Below, piece by piece: positions 48,050 through 57,849 of a stretch of DNA of 64,000 nt. Within the stretch, counting starts at the first letter, position 1. Each line of letters begins with the position of its first letter. The notes beneath the pieces were generated by a model. It saw only the letters and a program-made list of their open reading frames with translations. It did no database searches and had not been told where the DNA came from. Source of the stretch: Cladosporium halotolerans (taxonomy: Eukaryota); assembly GCF_011745625.1 (NCBI RefSeq), contig NW_027191452.1, positions 1,116,001 to 1,180,000 on the forward strand, given 5' to 3'. The position numbers and the translations under genes are program-made.

Positions 48050-49972
48050 ATGTCGTGGCGCAACAATGCCGGCAGTACCGGCGCCAACAACATACCCCTG
48101 GGCACCCGGCGCCGCGGCGGCGACGCGAGCGAAACCCCCGATTTTGCGCCCGCCTCGAACGAAGGCAAGCGTGGTCGCAGCCCCGAACCGGTCCCTAAGG
48201 AGCCTGCCCTGAACCCGGATGGCACCAAGAAGCGTCGCAAGCGTAACCGTTGGGGCGATGCTTCGGATAACAAGGCCGCTGGCCTGATGAACCTGCCCAC
48301 GGCCATTACCGCGCCCATGACTGCCGAACAGCTGGATGCATATGTGACCCATTTGCGCATCGAGGAGATCAGCCAGAAGCTGAGGATCAACGACGTTGTC
48401 CCAGCCGATGGTGACAGGTGAGCTTGCAGTCCCACTACCTCCAATCGAGCCGAAGCTTTGGATACTAACATGTCGCAAGGTCTCCTTCTCCTCCGCCGCA
48501 ATACGATAACTTCGGTCGCCGTGTGAACACCCGCGACTATCGCTACCGTAAGAGGCTCGAAGAAGAGCGTCACAAGCTCATCGAAAAGGCGATGAAGATC
48601 ATCCCGAGCTACCACCCGCCGTCTGACTACCGCCGTCCTACTAAGACACAGGAGAAAGTCTACGTGCCGGTTAACGATTACCCAGAAATCAACTTCAGTA
48701 TGCTGCTAATTCTCCCCACCTGCACTTTACTTTGCTACTGCCTGAGCAGCAGCTTGTTGCTTATGGCGAGCAAAAGCCAATCTAACCCCGTCCCTACTAA
48801 CGCTTCCCTTCGTATCACTTGAACATTAACTAACATTAGCTTTCTTTCTACTAACAGTCGGTCTACTTATCGGTCCCCGTGGTAACACTTTGAAAACAAT
48901 GGAAAGCAAGTCTCAAGCCAAGATTGCAATTCGCGGAAAAGGCTCTGTCAAGGAAGGCAAGGGCAAATCCGATGCTGCTCACGCTAGCAACCAGGACGAA
49001 GATCTGCACTGCCTGATCATGGCAGACACTGAGGAGAAGATCATCAAAGCCAAGGAGCTCATTCACCAGGTCATTGAGACTGTAAGTCATCCGTCTTCGA
49101 CATCACGAGTTATGTTTGACCTAACAAATTCGCAGGCTGCCTCCATTCCTGAGGGCCAGAACGAGCTGAAGCGCAATCAACTTCGTGAGCTCGCCGCGCT
49201 TAACGGTACTCTCCGTGACGACGAGAATCAGGCTTGCCAGAACTGCGGTGAAATCGGCCACCGCAAGTACGACTGCCCCAACGCCAAGAATTTCACCGCA
49301 AATGTTATTTGCCGCGTTTGCGGCAATGCTGGACACTTTGCTCGCGACTGCCCGGATCGTGCCCGCGGCTCAGACTGGCGCAACATGCCACCGCGCGCCC
49401 CAACGAATGCTGCCGACAAGGAGTACGAGAACCTCATGAACGAAATTGGAGGTGGCACCGCAGGCAATCCGTCGAGGCAGATCGGCTGGCAAGAGGGTGG
49501 TGCCGGCGATGCAGCGGGTGGTGCCGATCTCAAGCCGTGGCAGCGTGGTCCTACTGGAGGCCCAGCGCCTTGGGAGCAGAACCGCCAGAACAACCCGGCT
49601 CCGTGGCAGCAACGCCCTCCGCCTGGCGGTCCTTCTGGAGGACCTGCTCCTTGGCAACAGCGCGGTGGTCAAGACAACTATGGCGGCGGTGGTGGATATG
49701 GCGGTTACGGTCAGGGAGGCTACGGTGGTGGTGGCAGAAGCTACGACGCTCCTCCGTGGCAGCGCGGTGGCGGCGATCGCGAGCCGCGTGGCGGTGGTGG
49801 TGGTGGTGGACCCGCACCATGGCAGATGCCGCAGCCGCCGCAGATGGGCTATGGAGGCACTCCCGGCATGGACTTCAACGCTCCTCCGCCGCCGCCGCCA
49901 CCGCCTGGTGGCATCCCTCCTCCTCCCCCGCCAAGCGACAACATCCCTCCGCCTCCCCCGCCGCCGCAGTAG
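48050..49972 (+). CDS. MSL5: Branchpoint-bridging protein / splicing factor 1; introns 48418-48479, 48698-48857, 49082-49135
   Basis: ULM '[10 protein letters not shown]', '[10 protein letters not shown]', KH '[16 protein letters not shown]', QUA2 '[12 protein letters not shown]', two CCHC knuckles, Pro-rich tail. Confidence 0.95.
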
Positions 49973-50886
49973 CGGTCTCGAACGAAGCGGGATGACTAAC
50001 CAGTCGTAGTGACTTCTAACATGGCGTTGCAGACTGTTCTTTCGAAATTCTCGTGCGTGTGGCTTAAAACAAAATTGGTGGACACAGATGCACTAAGTGC
50101 ATTGGTTTTTCCCCCAGCTCAAGTAGCTTAATGAGTCTGAAGTCCCACCCGGGTCTTGAATGCAACTATAACCTGCTACCTTTCCTTCCATCATGTTTCA
50201 CTCGTTTCTCCGAGTGCAAAGATTGGGTACTACAAGGATACACTGAGTCTGGCCACGTGCTCCGCCCAGATCGGCCTTACGCGGCGCTCACCGAGGCCAT
50301 CAAGGCGATCGTCGCCAAGCGCCTCGCCAGCTGAGCGAAGGATCAGACTCTAACACCGCCGGCACCAGCCAGATTGGTTGCAAAACCACCCCATCCCCAA
50401 CAAGGGAGGAGCGTGCGCCGGTCACTTTCGCTCACCATTCGCTCGACGGTGCGCTAGTCTTTTGCAAGTAAGCTCGTAATATCTGACATCGAGGCGCAGG
50501 AGCAGGCTGGTCCCTGTTGCGCGCACGAGAGCTGAATCGCTGTACGTGCTGCTCTCGCCTCGAACCTTTGCGCATTTCTCCTCTCCTCCCTTGAATTATC
50601 CGTGTCCTGTGTACAACATTTCTCTCAACATATCAGTCGTCTGCACTTCATCCAATTGCCAAAAAAATCCATCTTCGGACAAAGACACCGCGAAGAACCA
50701 CGGTTCGGGCATCGCGTTGGGTACGGCTTCTTTTTCTGTCCCGAAGACCCTGTGGCTGCGCTGTGGGTGCGCTGCGCTCGTATTTCTTCACGCTCTCTCG
50801 GTTGGCGCTCTGCACGGAGGGCTTGAAGGATCCTAAAGGCGCTCTTGGGGGTTGCTTCTTTCCTTCGGGTATAGACACAAGCAGCC

Positions 50887-52124
50887 ATGGGCGCAATACA
50901 GGCTGCGCTCTTCGCGATCGCGGCTTTGGGTGTCCGCGGTGCGCCAGTGGATGGTGAGTTGGTTTCTTTGGATCGCTTAAGAGCGCCACCACGCGAGGGA
51001 ATGCAGTTCTGATGATCGCGAATGCAGAACCAACGTCGTGGCAGAACGAGACTACGAGCGCGACGACATCGACCACGTCTTCTGACGAAGGACGAGTGAC
51101 CATCTTCGCGCCTGTAACAATGGAATCGCAGCTATCGCTCCTCCTGCCCGAATTCTCCACAACGCCTCCTGCACCCTCACCAGTCACCGAAATCACACAA
51201 CTGTCGCTCGAAGTGGGAGGATCAAGTGGCGCCTCGTGGACGACCAGACGCGGAAGCTCAGGCTTGCGCCCCATCGTCCAGCCAACCGCGATCTCACTCG
51301 ACCTGCCCGTGACCGACGACACGGGCTCCACGCGAACAACAGTCATCACAATCGCGCCCACCGCCCACCTCGAGCGCTCCGGCACAACCCTCCTCGTCCC
51401 GATCGAGACCACGACGCGCCCCGCGCAGCCCAAAGCCCCTCACGTCGAAAACCCCGGCTCCTCGCTCGACAACCCCGATCCGGCAACGACAGAGCCCCCA
51501 ACGACCAGCGACGTCTCTCCCCCGCCAGACGTAACCTCAACCGCGCACGCCGAAAACTCCGGCGTCGAACTCGTCCTCCCCACCGAGCAGCCGCAAAGCG
51601 AAGACGAGGCCTCCCAGCCCAGCAACCCCCCGCAGACTCCCGCTCCAACACACGCCCCCGCCCCCTCCGCCATCAGACTAGGCACCACGTCGATCCTCGC
51701 CGGCGGAGCCCCCGTCACCCTCGACGGCGCCACGCTCTCCCTCGCGCCCTCCGGCGCCCTCCTGCTCAACGGCGCCACCGTCTCCTACGACGCTGTCGCT
51801 GGAGCCGGCCAGCCGGAGCCGGCGCTCGACACGCAGGCGCTGGCTTCGCTCGCTACAGCGCAGGCCTCGAATCCTACGGGTGGAGCGACGTCTGCAGGGG
51901 CCACTGAGAGCGGCGCGGGGACGGTGACGGAGACGACGTCTGCGAGCCGACTGACGCGGTCGTCGTCGGCTTCGACTACGGGCGACTCGACGGGCTCAAG
52001 CAGCGCGAGCGCCGCGCCGGCCGAGCAGACGGATAGCGGCGCGGGCGCGAGGGCGGTGGCGGCGGGGGCGTGGTCGGCGACTGGGCTGGTCGGGGTGCTG
52101 GGGTTGGTTGTGGGGGTGTTGTGA
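50887..52124 (+). CDS. Ser/Thr/Pro-rich secreted, probably GPI-anchored cell-wall protein; intron 50954-51027
   Basis: Signal peptide in exon 1 (MGAIQAALFAIAALGVRGAP), S/T-rich body, omega-like 'DSGA' then hydrophobic C-terminus. Confidence 0.82.
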
Positions 52125-53518
52125 TGCGGTGCGGTGGGTTTTCTTGCTACCTTATGTTTGTGGATGGTGATGCGATTTGCGGCGTTTGTAATGGGGCGAG
52201 TCTCTGCACGGATTTGGGTGGGCGCTGTGGTTCTGTGTAATGATTTGATTCTTTCTTTCTTTCTTTCTTTTCGGGATGGCGGTTGGACATGCACTTTGAG
52301 AAAAAGTACCTCAGCCGAAGACGATCGCAATTCATGGATGAAGTCGTAACCAAACAATCACAATCCACCTTGCATTGCCAAAGTCACCTGGAGATGCCTC
52401 ACTATATATACACCTTGCGTACGACACGCTGGGCTTTCCCAAAGCGCGAGCCGGAGCTTACCTCAACTCACCTGCCCAATCGAAGCGCCACCTCAGATCA
52501 GGGGTTCCAAAGGACGAAAAGCGAAGCGCGTAGGCGGTCAGGACCTCTGGCAGATCGCGAGTCATCGTAAATCAATCAACCAGCCGACAAACACGATGCG
52601 GGCGGAGAAATGTGGATCGTTGCAGTGATTCCCGCGATCCAATGTCCGACAGGAACTAGCAGTGGACGAACACAAGACACTGGGAAACAGCGATGGGAAG
52701 CCACGTTTTGCAAATGAAGGGTACAAGAAAAATGACGTCTGATGATTGAACACAGCAGCTGTGAGAAAAAACTAGATAAATAAGTAAGAAAAGACATAAC
52801 AAATCTCTCCGCCCGGAGTCCTCGTCCTCCTCTCGCTGGAAAGAGGCCAGATAATGAGACAAAGTTATCCCCTCGATGCTTCCTTCCCCCTCCTTCCTTT
52901 CCGTTCCTATCCTGATGAATAGACAGCTGGATAGATACCTACTGCAAACCGGTGCTCGACGCTTCGTCGTGTTTTTCCCTTCCAATCCGCGCTGATCGGC
53001 TTCAACCTCGTTGCCATTTGCGCGTTCCAGCTCCTCTGTTCCCGATCCCGATGGACGAGACGAGGAGTCGTGGCGGCGCGCAAGGCGACTCATCGGTACT
53101 GATACAGTGCTTTCTTCGGCGGAGCAAACCCGGTTCTGTTGAATGGCTTGAAATGAACAATAAAAGGACATGGGGTTTTTTTGGGTTTCCGGCGTCGAAG
53201 AAAAAAGGGAAAGAAGGCTTCCTTCCTGTGCCTGGATTTTGTGGGGTTTTGGGTTTCTTTTGTTTCTCCAAACATGCAAATGTGATTCCGATGAAGATTC
53301 GGTTAGGGGATTGTTGGGTTCCGTTATTCGTGAGAGTCTTGAAAGTCAATGGGAAAGCGTGCGCGCCCCGGGGCCGGGACAAGGACCGGGACCGGGAATA
53401 TGTTGCTGTCATGATAGATTCGCGATGAACAAAGCAGTCAAGTCGTACTGATGATGCGTCGAGAGATACACTTTGGAAGGCTGAAGGGGTGGCGGCTTGC
53501 AAAAGCGGTGCCACCTCG

Positions 53519-54852
53519 TCAAGCGTCCATCTTTCCGAACATGCCTTCGTCGTCGTCGTGCTGGTGACGGGAAGCGTGCACGTCCTCGTCGGACATCTCT
53601 TCGTCCATGTCCACGTCCTCTTGCGGCTCCCTGTAGGGCATGCGGGAAGACGGACCGGGCACCGACGCGCCCTGGTATTTGGCAGGGAGCGGCGGGACGG
53701 GTGGTACGTCAGCAGGCAGCCCTGTAGGCACGCTGCTGGGCGTGCCGTACGAGCAACTGAGCAGACCGACTGCGGCCGCGAGGTCGGCCGGGTCTTCTTC
53801 GGGGTAGCTCTCTGCGATGCTGGTGTTGGCAGTGCCGGGCCGATTGCTGGAGGAGCTCCACTGTCGGTAGTGGTTGCCGAAGCCAGAAGTGCTGGGCGCG
53901 CTTTCCGAGAAGGCGGACTGGTAGGACCTGGAGTATGCGCTGCTGGAGGTGCTGTAGCGTTTGGCGTTGGGGTCGCGGTAAGCGTGTTCGCTTTGCGGAG
54001 GCGGTGAGGTCTCTGTCGAGCTGGGGTCGTCCTCGCGAAGGTCGGAGGAGCCGGAGGCGGCAGGAGAGGAAGCGTCACTGTCGTTCGCCGGAGTTCCATC
54101 CGCATTCATAGCCACCAACACAGACGCAGCCTCGAGCAGCTGCACCTGCTGGTGTTTTGAGATGAGCAGCTTGGAGGTGTACTGCCACTGGGGGGTGTGC
54201 TCCCAGCTGCGTATGGATCGTCAGCCTTAATTAAATCACAGCCCTACGGAAATTGCAATACGTACAGATGCTTGTTGAGGCAGCTGCCATGCTTGTACGC
54301 CTTGCCACAATGTTCACACTTGAGCTCGCCGGTGGCAGCCTTCTCTTTCTTGGTCAAGCCGGTGCCGTCGCTTGCCCTTCGTTTCGCTTTTGACTTGTCA
54401 ACGGCGGGGAAGGAGGACAGCGAAGGACCGTCTGTGAGGACGCCGGCGGTGCTTCCGGTGCGGGCAGGCATGGATGCCTGGTGGGGAAAGCTGCTCGGCA
54501 TGGAGGACTGCGCAGCGTCGCCAATGGCGGCCTTGGAGTTGCGGCGGTTGATGGCCACGGAGCCGTCGGCCACGCCGTTCTCGACAGCAGCCTCGAGGGC
54601 GGCCGGGTTGGCGGGCGCAAAGGACGAGCTCTTTCTTCTGTTGATGCGGCCGGCGCCGAGCGAGGTGGAGTGTGTACGGTTGTAGGGCTGGCGGGCAGGC
54701 AGGCTGGAGGGCGTCGAGCCGACGGAGAGACGGTGTTGGGTTGTTTGGCGTGACATGTCCTGGGGTGAGAGCGATTAGAAATGCAGGTACAGCAGGCAAG
54801 CTTTCGGGCCAGCGCCATGGGGCACAGGCGTGCATACCTTTGTTGCGGTCAT
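53519..54852 (-). CDS. Single C2H2 zinc-finger protein; introns 54760-54837, 54207-54265
   Basis: Spliced 'CEHCGKAYKHGSCLNKHLWEH...SKHQQVQLLEAASVL' and 'AAVGLLSCSYGTP'. Confidence 0.88.
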
Positions 54853-57849
54853 GGCAGTGGGAGGCGGTGGATTGGGCGCGCTGGTCAATGGGCCGGGCGG
54901 ACGAGGTGCCGGCTGACCTTTGAGCAGGCGGTTCTTTGTTGAGGGCGAATTGTTGGAAATGTTTCCTGGGAGCCTCGGAAGGCTGACACAGCCGCGAGCG
55001 CCGAGATCGCCAGAGGTGGCACTCAGCTGACAGGGTGCGGGCGAGACAGGTGATGGGCGGGGAGGCGGGCGGTGGTGAGGGTGGAGGGGGGATGCAGTAG
55101 CTCGTGCAGGCGGCGGCGTGGTATGGTGGGAGGGTGAGGGTGGTGAGGGCGAAGGCAGGTCAGACGGTCGGCGGCGAATAAGTTGGGCGAGCAACAACAT
55201 TGCCCGCAGGCGCCGCACGAGGACAGCGCGCGAGACACAGCACTGGCGCTGGCGCCGGGCAGGCTGGCGGAGGGGAGCGGCGATCCACGATCGCTGCAGC
55301 CAGCAGGGCCAGCTGGGCCAGCACGGCCAGCCCGCACGGCCAGCTTCCCTGCCGGGCTGGCGCGGGCGCAGGCGCGCGAGTGGGGTCGGCCAATGGGCGC
55401 GCGCGCGCCGAGGGCAGGGGCCGCTGGTGTCTCCAGCAGCCAACGGTCACGGGCGCGGGCTGCGGAGAGCGAGGAGAGACTCGAGGAGAGGAGAGGAGAG
55501 ACGACGGGCGACGCGCGACGGGCGACGAGCCCAGGCGAGACAGCAATCGCGATGGCCTGACGGGCATGTCGCGCAGGCGCTTTGCCATGCTTGCAATAGG
55601 TATTCCCCATGCTCCAGACCCCGTGCGAGCATACCTATCCAGGTATTGCGGCGACTCCTATTGCGAGCCTCCCACTGCGGAGAGCTGTGTACATACGTAC
55701 CTATCAATACCTCGGGGCACCAACAGTCCCTGCGCTGCCTCAGGTCGCCCGCCCGCAGTCTAGAACGGGCGCTCCCTCACTCCCCTCGCCTCGCCTCGCC
55801 ACCGCAGTCACGGGGCATCAGCGTCGTATTCCCTCCATACGTACATACGTACATACGTACCGCCGCGCGCGATTGCAACGTGTTGCCCGCGCCGGTTCGG
55901 ACGCGCACTCCGAGAATGCCATCATCCCCCATGCGCCGTGCGCCGTGCGCCGCTGGTCAGTTGATGTCCCCACACGCCCGCACCGCCTGCGCCCTAGGCC
56001 CGTCTTAGGCGCGTGCGATAACCACCCACGCCCGCACCATTTGCTCCTCGCCGTGCGCGCCTTTCGCCTGCCACGCGCGATGTGGCGCCGACCGCCTGCG
56101 CGCATGGACGACCTGGGTGGATCCACGATGGTAATTATCCTCCGTCGATTGACCGTGACGCCAGGACTCCTGCCCTCGCCGACGAGCCCGCCGCCGTCAC
56201 CATTGCGCATCCTCCGAGCCCGTGTCCGTCAGCCGCCGACGGCCTCCCTGCCCTCGGCGACTGATCTGTGTGTGATCTGTGATCGCCAGAATCCCACTCG
56301 CTTGCTGCCCTGTCAGCCTGCGAACATGCAAATCGCCATCTGCTCTGCGAAGATCGCCAGGCCGATCGCGCCTGCACTGATTGCTACACAGCATGGCTCC
56401 CGAAAAAAAAATTGTCTCTGTCCCCTATCGCAGCTTGCACCCTGTGAAAATGCTATCTTGGACCCTGCCTCCTAATCGCACTGCAGTCACGTAGTGCATG
56501 CTTCGTTCCTGCTTCTGATTGCGGCGCCCACCCTCGCTAGCGCCTCCGCCAGTTCCAGACAGAGCGCGAGGTCTGGCGTGCTGGGCCAAGGCACGGTGCC
56601 GGACCCAAGCGACCGCGGCCTTTGCAGTCTCGGGCTGCCGATAGGGCCACTGGATAAGCGACGCCACAGATAGCGCAATACTCGCGGCCACCTGTGCACA
56701 TTATCATTGGCAGCGCCGTCAGCAGCACGTCTTCCGGCGAGATATGACTCTGTGCGATAACGTGCTGCGACCAGCGCTTGACGAACACGCGCCGGCCAGG
56801 CACCACGGTACCTTAATCTCCACGAGGCATTATCATTCTCCTCGTTATGATCCAGCGCGCGGAGCCTCGACTGGCCCCGCACGCACCCCGCCGCCGAGAC
56901 ACGCCTCGACACAGCCGCAAGCGCACAGGGATCCCCTCAATCTAATCATCACGCCCGCCGATGCGCCTGTTCTCCAGGAAAGTGCATCGGGGATCGACGC
57001 GACTAGGTAGGTATCTGCGGCTCACGGCGCAGCCGAATGCCGAATGCAGTTCAGGGCAGGACCAAAAAATTAAATCTGGCCGACAGACAGCCGCGGCGGC
57101 GTACACTATCGCTTGTAGACGGAGTGATTCGTTCATTGAAGTGTCTCCCAGCTCGCCTATTGGGTTTCCTTCCTACAGTCGTAGTCACCTTCATGCTGCA
57201 CACCTCGCCATGCGCGGAGTATCTCATCGGCAGAAGCTTGGCCAGAAATTCACAAGATAGGTAGCCAAAGCCAAACTTCTCTCCGCCCTCTTCCCACCTA
57301 TCAATCGCCTCAGGGTCGCGCAAGTAGACGGATAGACACGATACAGTAATACATCTCGAAACACGCTCGCTCGACCAAAGGGCCCCCGGACGGCCCCCCT
57401 CCCACGCACAAGCCCAATGCCTCACCGAGTCCAGAGCTCCAGTCCCATCCCCATCCCAATGCCCACAACTGCCGCCGCGCCTCCCAGACCCCGATTCCCC
57501 CTCCCCATGAAACGCCGCCTACGCAGCTGCTGCACCGCCCTGCCGCGCGCCGCGCATGAACCGGCACCAGCCAGTCTCGCCAGCGCAGGCCATTGCAGCA
57601 CCGAATCCGCGGGAGGGGAGGGCCAAGTACAGCACCTACCTACCTCCCGCACGCCATGCTGACGGACATGACACCTTCCCAATCAATACAACCCGAGCTC
57701 GCGAGGCGGCCGGGCAGCAGCAGCGTGAGATCACTGTCATCGCAGTCCGAGCCGCGACCAAAAAAATAAAACACGTGCGGCGGCGTTTTTCCTGGCCCGG
57801 CTTTTCTGGGATCCGCTGAAAAGTCGCCGTCACTACTGCCCAGGGCCAG

